Below are positions 1-11,748 of a stretch of 64,000 nt of DNA, piece by piece. Position 1 is the stretch's first letter. Each line of letters begins with the position of its first letter. Origin of the DNA: Azolla caroliniana (lineage: Eukaryota > Plantae > Polypodiophyta); NCBI GenBank assembly GCA_043228905.1, contig JBHGNT010000009.1:7068001-7132000 (forward strand), in the 5' to 3' direction. A model generated the notes under the pieces. The model searched no databases, was not told where the DNA came from, and saw nothing but the letters and a program-made list of their open reading frames with translations. Position numbers and translations under genes: made by a program.

Positions 1-32
1 AAATACGGCACATTTCTGGAAAGGACAACGCC

Positions 33-1521
33 ATGGCCGACATGCTTTCGAGGGCGAGGTTTGATGACGAGGACGGCATGGTTTCGGAGGACGAAGAAGT
101 CGGCGTGGACTTCTTCGAGGCAGCGTACGTGACGACCGATGGGACAAGCACTTCGGCACTTAACGACTTCGACGAGAGCAAGTACGACGGCGAGTGGCTC
201 CAGATCGGTGGATTTTTGAGGACGATGACGCCGGATGCGTTGTGGACGAAGGATGAGGCCAACCGGATCCGGAAAAAAGCTTACCGATTCTTTCTCCGGG
301 ACGGATACTTATGGAAGCACCCGAAGAAGAGGAACGGTGTCCCGCTTCAGGTGGTGGCGATGAAGGAAGAACAGGAGGAGCTGCTGACGGGCTACCACGA
401 CAGCCCTTGGGCTGGACACCGTGGAATGTGGGCCATGTTCGAGAAGATAAAGGGGAAGTACTGGTGGTCGGGACTGTACCGGGATGTGCATCGGTTCGTG
501 ACGACTTGCGAGAGCTGTCAGATGCAGTCTGTAGTCCGACATCGGGACGAGCTTCACCCTACGTAGCCTCCGACCATCCACTTCAAATGGATGGTAGACC
601 TGGTGACGATGCCGATGGGAGTAGGACAGATGCGGTATCTGGTCCTGGCTCGGGAAGATCTGACGAACCAGGTGGAAGGTCGAGCCCTTCAGAACAAAAC
701 GACCGCGGCCGTATGTCGGTTCCTGATCGAGGACGTGATATGCCGGTACGGGTGCGTCGGGAAGATCGTGGCTGATCGCGGGGAGTTGGATGCCGAAGAG
801 GCCGAGGAGCTGTTCGACCGGCTAGGAGTCAAGCTCTCGCTTACCACTGCGTACAATCCGGAGGCGAATGGGAAGGTGGAGCGCGGACACGGACCGATCG
901 TCAAGGCGTTAGTTCGGGCATGCGGAGGTCAAGTCGGGAACTGGCCGCGGCTGTTGCCTTACGCGTTGTGGGCGAACCGAACTACGCACAGTTCGGTAAC
1001 CGGATTCATGCCGGCAGAACTCATGTTTGGGCAGAAGCCGGTCATGCCGATCGAACGTACGATCTGCTCGTGGGCAACCGTGGACTGGAGAGACGAGATG
1101 AGCCGGGAGGAACTGCTGGCGGCGCGTATACGACAGCTCGAGCAAAGACCGGAGGATGTGGAGCAGGCTTCGGGAAGCAAGGATGAGGAACAAAGCCCAG
1201 TTCGACCGAACGCACCGGCTCCGACCGAAGAAGATCGAGGAAGGCGACTGGGTGCTAGTCTACGACAACAGCCTTGACAACCAGCACCGAGCGACACAGA
1301 AGTTCGCAAGAAGGTAGTTCGGGCCTTACGTGGTACAAAGCGCCAACGACAATGGGACGTACCATCTGGCAGAGCTCGACGGCACGAGAATGGCGATACC
1401 GGTAGCTGGGAAGCGGATCAAAGCGTTCAAGAAGCGTCACGACGATGAGCCGGATCCGGTTGGCCTGGACCACGACGACGAACGATCCGAAACCGAGGAA
1501 GAACCGACGGGCGGGGAATGA
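33..1521 (+). pseudogene. gypsy integrase, disrupted (stops at 564 and ~1315, frameshift ~1180)
   Basis: ORFs 33-566, 591-1277 and 1330-1521 are collinear pieces of one integrase, homologous to 51369-52391. Confidence 0.85.
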
Positions 1522-1594
1522 AGGCTGGACCGGTTTTCTCCGTCCCTACTCAATTTGGCGCATGCCGGTGGATGCGCGGTTAGGTGGGGGCGGA

Positions 1595-2224
1595 TGTTGT
1601 GAAGAAAACCGTCCACAAGCGGAATCGGTGCACAGGAGCGTAGGAACCGGCTCTTCTCGAATGTTGTCCATAGAAGATCCTAGGCGGGTAGATTTAGTGG
1701 GTAGGAAGTAAAGGGGAAACGACTCCTTCCTTGCCTATAAAAAGGAGGGAGACGAGAAGGGGGAGGGGATCGCGGAGAGTCGAGGACGAAGTGCTGTCGG
1801 TTTGCGTGCGAAGGCTTCTCTCTCTCTCTCTGGCTCGCAAACTCCATAGCTTCCTTCTGTGCAGGCTTCGGGAGGCTCGCGCTGCTCTGAGGAATGCCCG
1901 AGTGCTTCCGACAGCACCTCCAACCTGCTCCTGTCTTCCTGTGCTTTTACGAACAGGCATCGGCATCTGTTCGCCGGCCTGTTCGGTTGTAACCGACTTC
2001 GTGTTTTTGTTGCTTCCGTGTTCTTGTTGTTGTCTTTGTTAATACATACATACATTCGTGTCTCTCTGTGTCGCTGTCCCACTCGCGTCTTTGTGTCGAA
2101 GGGCCGTGTCCCTGTGAATCTACGCTCGCACGTAGTGGGTCTTTTGTCCCTTCTCTCTTGCTCTTCGGTACAGGACCCTTGAGGTCCCGCCTCATTCCAC
2201 GCATCCGCGAGGAAAACCTCGACA
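1595..2224 (+). repeat. gypsy 3' LTR
   Basis: Follows the PPT; TG...CA ends; TATAA at ~1736; 3' end (gcatccgcgaggaaaacctcgaca) resembles the LTR end at 50538 on the minus strand. Confidence 0.85.
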
Positions 2225-2726
2225 ACGGTATAGTTGGGAAGCTAGTTCGATATACCGATGCCGACTGGGCTGGTGATGCATCGGATCGCCGATTCACCTC
2301 CGGTTACATGTTTTGTCTAGGTAGCCTAATTGTTGCATGGAGCAGCAAAAAGCAACCAACTATGGCTCTGTCGAGCATTGAGGCTGAGTATCGAGGTGCT
2401 ACCAATGCCACCTGTGAAGCCATCTGGCTTCGGCGACTGCTACAAGACCTGCGGATTAAGGTACCGACCCCGATCCTGATCTACTGTGACAACATGCGCA
2501 ACATTCAGGTCGCCAAGAACCCTGTGTTCCATGCTCGGACAAAGCACATGGAAGTGCATTATCACTTCATGCGTGAGCGGGTTTTGAGCAGTGAAGTTGA
2601 ACTTCAGTATGTTCAGACGGATCGGCAAGTTGCCGATATCTTCACCAAACCGCTCTGATCGGGCAAGTTGCAACACTTCACCGAAATGCTTGGTGTTCAG
2701 CACCTCGATGTGCTGCACTTGAGGGG
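2225..2726 (+). pseudogene. copia-B RNase H fragment (host of the gypsy insertion)
   Basis: [48 protein letters not shown]; very similar to 38153-38655. Confidence 0.85.
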
Positions 2727-3719
2727 ATCTTCTATGACCAAGGCCTTCGGATCGGTTCAAGACTCCCGGAGAGGTATCACTCGTCTAAACCCGAGAGGGA
2801 TCGCAAGTCTAAAAACACTTTAAAGAGAACTCTGTGGTCGAGACTCGAGTGTTTTCAGGAGTGGGCAGGCGGGATCAAGAGTCTAAACCTCTGAGGAAGT
2901 TGGGATCGACTTCTCGAAGGGGGGGGCGGGTGGACGACGCACGCGATGTCTGTCCAGAAGCTCTCGAACTGCGGCGCGGTATCGGACATGTGGTGGCAGT
3001 GCTTGCGGAGGGCGAGGACAAGAAACACGAGGGAGCAGCCCAGAAGTTTCTAGCAAAGAAATAAGATAACGTCAGACAAATAGTCATAACATCATGTCAT
3101 GATGTAAACATATCATGGGCAGACATTAATCGATATCATGATCTCACGTCAATACCCCTCTAGACGTATGAGATGAGGTTCAAGATTAGGTTACTATGGT
3201 AATACAATGGTGTTTTAAAAACCATGGGGGGGACAAATGAATGTCTTTCCCTGATCTCTATATCCATTTTTTCATGGCGGCTCCCCGAGGCTCAACCATG
3301 TATGTTCACGTCATGAATAATTTATACACGAAAAAATGCTAACAATAAACTATGTTTTTGTAACCACGAATGTGGTTTCGGCTGTTTAAGTCCTATTCTG
3401 AGGACCCCAAAGTGCACTAAGACCTAAAGTCTAAACATGTGTTATAGTCATATGTATCAACAATCCCTCTAGTAGCCCACAATGAGGAGGTGACTCTTTT
3501 TCTCAGGAACACATATTATATCTCATTCTCTACTTAACAAACTTTCCCATAATATATACATCATATGAGGAGAACATGCCTCTCTCATATTTCATGTTAT
3601 CATTTTCATCCAATCCATGATCTTATGGTGGCCCTTGCTCTTTTAGAGCAGTTAATGCCATGCACCTAGTCATTGACCACTCAATATATGTAAGGATAGA
3701 GGTAATTTGATTGGTGCCC

Positions 3720-3940
3720 TTTGTAAATATTTGTGGATGACTTGATTATAAAGAGAGTTTCAGTGCCTCAAAAGTGCATGAAGATGTCCATGGAGCAAAA
3801 AAATCATATGAAAGACTTATAGGGTTCTACTACATCCATGATATTGAGGTAATTAGAGCACCTCAAGGGATTTGGCTTACAAAATGACAATGCATAATTA
3901 ACATCCTAAAGAAATACAAGATATTGATCCTCAAATCAAC
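3720..3940 (+). pseudogene. ancient copia RT remnant
   Basis: Residual IFVDDLII (~3727), MKDL (~3808) and IEVIR (~3843) in the expected order, with stops and frameshifts. Confidence 0.45.
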
Positions 3941-4662
3941 TATAATATTATTACAATAAAGAAGCTTAAGGAATGGGCTTGATGAAGAATCAAATTCTAT
4001 ATTTCAACTATGCAATTTGGTTATGCATTGGAAATTAATTAATTTCAAATAGAAAATAAAATTTATATGTTGAAGAAAAGGAGAAATACTTAAAAAATGG
4101 GGATGAGTGTTGGATGGAAATCGTGCCCATACCACACATTCTAGATACATGAGGAACAACCCAATAGTGGGATGGTGCAAGTCTTATAATAATTTTAAAT
4201 GATGATGTGATCACAAGGACAAGGAGACACCTACCATTTCTCAATTCACATGCTTCATCTTTGATTGAGAACCCAACAACCTTGATGCTTCATCATTGTC
4301 CACTAAAAAACAATTGATGCTTTTAAATAATCTATTAGCCTCTTCAACTTTGCACATAACGACTGTCATAAATGTTTATTCCAGAACCTTGACAAATAAC
4401 TTTTGTAGGGTAGTTGTAATCCAACCAAACCCTTCTAGCATGAAAGTGAACTTCCTCTCTGGCTTCAGTGCAGACATTGGATACATCATTAAAATAAGAT
4501 GTAGATGTATCTGATAAATATCTCATGTATGATCTATTGATGGTTCGGATGGGTGGATGTGGCACCGAGATCTTTGATATAGTGTTGCACTATATTAGAG
4601 TTGGTGCATGCCAATTCATCCTGTGCTATTCTTGTTCACCCTACACTCTGGTTGGTGGAGAT

Positions 4663-5104
4663 TGTTGGGAAATCGGTCCCTCTGGATGGGATCCGGTGAT
4701 GAATGAAGAGGACCCGGTGAGAATTGGAAGAGAAGACATATCTATAAATAGGTTTTGAGTAAGCCTATTGAGGCTATATCTGTAAATAGCCCTAAGCTCA
4801 TATAAGAATAAATATGACTTAGGGCAATTACTTAGTAGCAATTGTTGTTGTCATATTGTTGTATAGAGAGTGATAGAGAGAGAGACAGATACAGAGCGAT
4901 ACTCTGTTGTAACCGCCACTTGGCGAAAAAACAGAACTCGAGGTCGTTGCCTCTGAGTCTCTGATTGTACCCTTTTTTCCAATTCAGGGTTTTCCACGTA
5001 AACACCCTGTGTACTCTCTATTTCCCATTTCTGTGTTTTTCTTTCTCATTAAAGTGATTCAAGACTCGGTTGTGGTTGAGCAGTATTCTGCACTATTCCT
5101 CACA
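4663..5104 (+). repeat. Tork-like 5' LTR
   Basis: TGTTGGGAAATCGGTCCC...CCTCACA, then AAC and the PBS. Confidence 0.85.
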
Positions 5105-5107
5105 AAC

Positions 5108-5119
5108 TGGTATCAGAGC
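5108..5119 (+). promoter_or_regulatory. PBS (tRNA-iMet)
   Basis: TGGTATCAGAGC. Confidence 0.9.
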
Positions 5120-5351
5120 ATACAACGTAGGAAATGGAAGAATCGTTCGACGGTATGTTCAAGCTCACTGGGTCCAACTACTCAATGTGGTAGTTGAAGA
5201 TGAGGGACATGCTGGTGGTTAAAGATCTTTGGTTGCCGGTTTAGTTCGGGGACAAGAGACCGGACAAGATCGACGTCACACTGTGGGAGGTGATGCACAT
5301 GAAGACTACGACATATATCCGGGGCTTCATCGACATGAGCCTGTACAACTT

Positions 5352-5799
5352 TGTTGAGATATCAAGCTCAACTAGTTTAATCTAGTTAGTCAACACATGT
5401 AACTTAGTAGTTACCTAGATCGAATCTAGTTAATGTGTTGACGTTAAGCCTTTAAATAGGACCTTGTACTTAAGTGGGATATTCTAGATCCTCCACTCCT
5501 TAGTACATTTAATGTAGGACTTACACATAAGTGCCTATGTTCTACCCACACATGTGCACCTTTGCACATGGGTTGTATATATACCTCATTGTGGGTATTT
5601 TTGTAGTTGATGACACTTTTCAATATAGTCAAGCATCCCCCATTTATCTTCGTGTTTATAAGTGTAACTTCCTCTCTCTCTCTCTCTCTCTCTTCCTCTC
5701 ACACACTCTCACGTGCATATCATACTAATCTTCCGCTGCTTAACATAACCATATAATTAGTCTCTAATTAACCCTAGTTAATTACCTAATTACTTAACA
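5352..5799 (+). repeat. copia-B 5' LTR
   Basis: Direct repeat of 9545-9996 with TG...CA ends. Confidence 0.93.
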
Positions 5800-6636
5800 T
5801 GGTATCAGAGCGCGTGGTTTAGGAAATCGACTAAGCCCACTGCTTATTCGTGATTGTGTGTTCGAGACGCCGACGAAAAATCCCGGCTATTCGCTATCCG
5901 CTACCGTAGTGCCGCTACGAAGGACGTGTACGCGACCCAGAGAAGAAAAACAAAACGGAAGACACAACAATCAACATGAACAAACAAATGGGAAGCTCCT
6001 AATTACTTAACATGGTATCAGAGCGCGTGGTTTAGGAAATCGACTAAGCCCACCGCTTATTCGTGATTGTGTGTTCGAGACGCCAATGACAAATCCCGCC
6101 TATTCGCTATCCGCTACTGTAGTGCCGCTACGAAGGACGTGTACGCGACCCAGAGAAGAAAAACAAAACGGAAGACACAACAATCAACATGAACAAACAA
6201 ATGGGAAGCTCCTAATTACTTAACATGGTATCAGAGCACGTGGTTTAGGAGATCGACTAAGCCCACCGCTTATTCGTGATTGTGTGTTCAAGACGCCGAC
6301 AACAAATCCCGGCTATTCGCTATCCGCTACCGTAGTGCCGCTACGAAGGACGTGTACGCAACCAAGAGAAGAAAAACAAAACGGAAGACACAACAATCAA
6401 CATGACCAAACAAATGGGAAGCTCCTAATTACTTAACATGGTATCAGAGCGCGTGGTTTAGGAAATCGACTAAGCCCACCGCTTATTCGTGATTGTGTGT
6501 TCGAGACGCCGACGACAAATCCCGGCTATTTGCTATCCGCTACCGTAGTGCCGCTACGAAGGACGTGTACGCGACCAAGAGAAGAAAAACAAAACGTAAG
6601 ACACAACAATCAACATGAACAAACAAATGGGAAGCT
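5785..6636 (+). repeat. tandem array of 4 x 213 bp (last 15 bp of LTR + PBS + leader + gag ATG)
   Basis: Units start at 5785, 5998, 6211, 6424; TGGTATCAGAGC at 5800, 6013, 6226, 6439. Confidence 0.95.
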
Positions 6637-9300
6637 CATGCCCTAGCGAAAAGCTAGACCGAAGCAACTATTCATCTTGGGAGTACAAGATGAATCAATA
6701 CCTTGTCGGCCAAGGGTATTGGAGCTACATCAATGGCGCAGAAGAAAACAAACCCGAAATCACACACGCCAACTACCCAACGTGGGAGCAAGGCGCGAGT
6801 CGGGTAATGTATTGCTTGGCAACATGTGTAAACGACCACACATGTTAAGCCACATTCGTGACGCCAAGATGCCCAAAGAGGCGTGGGAAAATCTCAAGGA
6901 AATTTGCATTGCAGACACATCCGCGTGCAAGCTTCAACTCCGGCAAGAGTTGAACAACATACGACAAAAAGAAATGTCCGTGACGGACTACACCGCCAAG
7001 ATCAAGAGCATTTGCGACTCGCTTGGCTCCATCAACGTCAACATCGACGAAGACGAGATGGTGCAAGTATGCTTGGGCGGCCTCGCACAACGATTCAACC
7101 CGTTGAGAACGGCAATCTTGGCGAGAGATACCCCTCCCTCGTTCTTCAAACTCCAATCAATGCTATTGGTCGAAGAAAACCACGTTCAAACAAAGACCAA
7201 CACATGGGAAGGACAAATGCTCTTCTCCGATACGGATGGTGCCCATACACGAGGTCGAAGAGGAAGAGGTCAATTCGACCTATCCCACGAAGGGAATTCA
7301 CAATTTCGGCAAGGAAATGGAAGCCATCGAGGAACCTTCACAAGAAGGGGGAGCTTCCACGCCGAACAAGGTCGGCGAACGATGCCACCTACGTGCAACT
7401 ATTGCGGCAAAATGGGCCATCGCGAAGAGGAGTGCCGAAAAAGACGAACTGAGTTGGCCTCAACAAGCCGGCAACTCACAAATTACGCCGCGAACGCGGA
7501 ATACGCGGACTACGGTGGACTCTTCGTGATGAGGCATAGAGTGAACTCTGTGATGGCCTCCGATCCCGCAAACTCGGCAAGCACCTCCAACTCCGAACAT
7601 GCGTGGTTCGTAGACTCCAGCGCCTCGCACCACATGACGTCGCACCAAGATTGGTTTTGCGACTTGCAAACGCCGGATCGACCCGGCTACATAGAGACCG
7701 GAGACGACACTCCGCATCCCATTCGGCACATCGGCGATGTCCCATTCGGGAAAGAAGGCGAGGAAACTTGCATCAAGAATGTCTTGCACGTGCCCACAAT
7801 AACAAAGAATTTGGTCTCGGTCGGCCAAATCGTGGAGGAAGGCATGCATGTCCGCTTCAACAATGAAGGTTGCTTCATCGAGAAAGACGGCCGAATCATA
7901 GCCAAGGGACGGAGAGACGGTTGTTTGTTCATCCTCGACTCGAAAGAGGTAAAATCGGCCATGTACGCCAAAGGTCTCAAGACCGAGACAAACATTGAGT
8001 TGTGGCACAAGCGAATCGGCCACGTAAACCTCCAACGGCTTCACGGAATGCAATCAAAGGGAGTCGTAATCGGACTTCCGGCCTTCGAATCGGAACGAGT
8101 CGACCGAGTGTGTGAAGCATGCCAACTCGGCAAACAACATCGACTCCCATTCCCGAAGGAGAGCTCCGCAAGGAAAGGCCTCCTTGACATAATCCACTCG
8201 GACGTATAGGGACCGGCTCAAACGCCGACGCTCGGCGGATGCTGCTACTATGTCACCTTCATCGACGACCACTCGCGCTACGCGTGGATATACCTAATGA
8301 AGAGGAAGAGTGAAGTGCTCTCCCACTTTCAAAAGCCAAGTGGAGAAAGAAACCGCTCGGTACATTCGATGCCTACGATCAGACGGGGGAAAGGAGTACT
8401 TCTCCGATGAGTTCACCTCCTACCTCCAAGGTGAAGACATTCGTAGAGAATTCTCATGCCGACACACTCCCCAACAAAACGGAGTAGCCGAGAGAAAGAA
8501 TCGGCAAATACTCGAGGTAGCACGCGCCATGATGCGTGAGAAGCACATGCCTAACTTCTATTGGGCGGAAGTGGCACCCACAACTGTCTATCTCATGAAT
8601 AGATGCACCACAAATAGCGTGCACGAGCTTACTCCATACGAGATCTTCGTTGGAAGAAAGCCCATCCTCTCGCACCTCAAGGTGTTCGGAAGCATTGCGA
8701 ATGTACGCATCCCGAACGAAAGTCGAGAGAAGCCCGACGCGAAGTCGGAAGAATGTATCCTCATAGGATACTTGTCCGCGAAAAAGGTGTACAAGTGCTT
8801 CAACCCTTCGACCCGAGTGGTGCGGATAAGTTGCAACGTTGTTTTCGACGAATCGGCATCTTGGTATAAGCCCAATGCGACTCCATCCGACCCGATTGAG
8901 GAAGAGTTGAACGCCAACTCGGACGACGAAACTCGGCCAAGTCCTCCACTGAAGGACAATCCAAGCTCTACCGAGCTAATTGGCCCACCAAAGCCTCCAT
9001 GTGATGAAAACATGTTGTCGCCAAGTCCGACATCGGACAAAGGCAAAGGTAAAATGTCCGAATACGAAGTCGAGGTCCACCCTGACGACTGTGATTCGGA
9101 TGATTCGGCTCGCTCACTAGACAGTGAGTTCGGTGTACCCATCATGAGTACACCTGGAGTAAAGAAGGCGCTCACATCGACAAACGAGAAACTCTGCCGC
9201 TCATCACGAGTGAAGACCCAAGTCACTCGTTACGCCTACAACGAGTATATGGCCCATCACTATGCCCTCACGATGAAGGTAGTGGCCGAACAAGAGCTCG
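6615..9300 (+). pseudogene. copia gag-protease-integrase, frameshifted
   Basis: EKLDRSNYSSW gag start; CNYCGKMGHREEEC knuckle; WFVDSSASHH protease; LWHKRIGH..CEACQLGK; LRSDGGKEY; TPQQNGVAERKNR; frameshift ~6838, stop 8207. Confidence 0.88.
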
Positions 9301-9544
9301 AGGATCCAAGCCTTTGTCACAGGCTTGAGGGGGGGAATAAGCTACGGAGAGACGCAGAGAGCCGTGCAACGAAGACGCGGAGAGCCGCGCAACAAAACCA
9401 CGCAACGAAGCCGCGAAGAGTCGCGCAATGAGGCCGCGGAGACGCGAAGAAAGCCACGCAACGCCGCAAGCCGCACCGATGCCAACGAAGCCGAAGGAAG
9501 CTAAACCAGGCGTTCGACGCCTCACACTTGAGCTTGAGGGGGCG

Positions 9545-9996
9545 TGTTGAGATATCAAGCTCAACTAGTTTAATCTAGTTAGTCAACACATGTAACTTTG
9601 TAGTTACCTAGATCAAATCTAGTTAATGTGTTGACCTTAAGCCTTTAAATAGGACCTTGTACTTAAGTGGGATATTCTAGATCCTCCACTCCTTAGTACA
9701 TTTAATGTAGGATTTACACATAAGTACCTATGTTCTACCCACACATGTGCACCTTTGCACATGGGTTGTATATATATACCTCATTGTGGGTATTTTTGTA
9801 GTTGATGAAACTTTTCAATATAGTCAATCATCCCCCATTTATCTTCGTGTTCATAAGTGTAACTTCCTCCCTCTCTCTCTCTCTCTCTCTTCCTCTCACA
9901 CACTCTCATGTGCATATCATACTAATCTTCCGCTGCTTAACGTAACCATATAATTAGTCTCTAGTTAACCCTAGTTAATTACCTAATTACTTAACA
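9545..9996 (+). repeat. copia-B 3' LTR
   Basis: Direct repeat of 5352-5799. Confidence 0.93.
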
Positions 9997-11046
9997 AACT
10001 TCAATGAAGAGAGCAAGGCTCATGAACTCTGGGAAAAGATCGGCATCATGTTCCAGAACAAGAATGTTGTCAATCGGGTTTCGGTATTCTCAAAGCTAGT
10101 GAGGTTCTGGTACCAAGATGACTCTAGTATGGCGGAGCACATGAATGCCTTCTAGGGGTTAATACACTAGGCAACCTCGTTGGAAGTACCTCTCGCCGAT
10201 GACGTACTCACATTGCTCCTGCTCGGTTCCCTCCCAGATAGCTGGGAGACGTTAGTTGTCACGTTAGGCAATGCCAGGCCGGAAGGAAAACAATTGTCCA
10301 TAGCAAGGGTAAAATCAAGCTTGCTAAATGAAGAATCTCGTCGGAAGAACTGGAAGTCCGGAACCGATCCGAAGGCCTTGGTCATGGAAGATGACCACAA
10401 CCAGGGAAGAGGCCGGTATTGGAGTCCCCAAAACCGGGACAAATCGGGGACGAGGTCGAAGTCAAGCGGGAGGCCTACTTGCTTCTATTGTGGGAAGTCG
10501 GGGCACTTCCAGAAGAACTGTCGACATTTCCGGAAAGAGGAAGAAACCGGCAACATTGATTCGAAGAAGAGTTCCGATTGAAACAGTTCGAACCAGAGAG
10601 GCCTGAATCGGAAAGGAACGTCGGCGATCGTGACAAGTGAAGAAGAACTAATGCTCATTACGGAGGAGAATGAGTTAAACCTTGTCGGTGACGACACAAT
10701 GTGGGTTGTCGATTCCGGAGCATCGTTTCAACTGACATCGAATTGGAAATGCTTCTCGTCCTACATAGCCAACGTGTCCAGATGGGGAATGCAGGTACAT
10801 GCCGGATTGTCTTGTCGGCAAGCAAAACCCTCCTTCCAGTCAAGACCACCAATGAGACGGAATGCACCACTGGTGCTAGTGCATACCGATGTGTGTCAAG
10901 TGGAAACGAAGTCACATGCCAGATCGCAGTACGTCGTGATGTTCATAAGTGACCACAACCAGAAGTTGTGGGTCTCACCATTGAAGATGAAGGATCGGGT
11001 GATATCCGTCTTCAAGGAGCTCCACGCGAGAGTGGAAAGAGAAACC

Positions 11047-11409
11047 TGTTAGGAAACAGGTCCCTCCGGATCAGAAGTGAGAACCAGATGACGAGTACCT
11101 AGCTTCGGAGAGCCGGATGGTGCAGACCCGGTGAGAACCGGATGAGGAGTACCCGGAAATGGAAGAGCCGGTGAAAACCAGATGACGAGTACCCGACAAG
11201 CGCCCCGACAAGCGCCGGATGATGCAGGCCCGGTGAGGAGTGCTCACCGGATGAAGAGACATATTTGTAAATATGTTTCTGAGAGTCCATCGTGGCTATA
11301 TTTGTAAATAGCCGAAAAGTCATATTAGTATAAATATGACTTAGGGCAAACTTATTATAGCGTGGGTTGTTGTCATTCTTGTTGGTGCAAGAAGAGGCGC
11401 GTAACTGTG

Positions 11410-11445
<36 letters not shown>

Positions 11446-11718
11446 GAGGTCGTTGCCTCTGTTGTAACCGCCGCCTGTGGCGAAGATTGTGAGCACAAGG
11501 TCGTTGCCTCCATGAGCTCGCTGTTGTAATCATTGTGATATAGTGATAGTTTGCAGTTTGTGGGCTGTCACGGTTTTTCCCTAGTTTGGGTTTTCCACGT
11601 TAACATCCTATGTACTCTTCTCTCCTTTGTGTCGTGCATTTCATTCCCGTTTTCTGTGTGTGATTCTAAGCTCGGTTGTGGCCGAGCATTGCGCATAGGG
11701 AGCGTGTAGTTCCTGTCG
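11047..11718 (+). repeat. Tork-like 5' LTR
   Basis: Matches 15781-16512 except for fewer U3 repeat units and scattered substitutions. Confidence 0.9.
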
Positions 11719-11748
11719 AAGTGGTATCAGAGTGAAACGACATAGAAA

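Larger units (their letters stand above)
1..2224 (+). mobile_element. Ty3/gypsy (non-chromovirus, Phygy/Ylt1-like) element, 3' part: RNase H end, integrase, PPT, 3' LTR
   Basis: RH end HISGKDNAMADMLSR; integrase HHCC (H..WAGH..C.SC) and core (WMVDL, IVADRGE, YNPEANGKVERGH); PPT 1581-1594; LTR TGTTG...CTCGACA; no chromodomain after the GPY motif. Confidence 0.9.
5352..9996 (+). mobile_element. copia-B non-autonomous element (gag-PR-INT, RT/RH deleted), both LTRs present
   Basis: LTRs 5352-5799 and 9545-9996; 5-bp TSD AACTT (5347-5351, 9997-10001); PBS 5800; PPT ~9536-9544; coding sequence jumps from the post-INT linker to an RH-end-like motif at ~9300-9335. Confidence 0.93.

Noticed and set aside
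2770-3060. GC-rich segment with three gggatc..gtctaaa-like motifs
   Set aside because: Too short and degenerate to assign; probably a TE fragment
5785-6636. CRISPR-like or satellite interpretation of the 213-bp array
   Set aside because: No unique spacers and no cas genes; units are plain copies of the LTR end, PBS and leader
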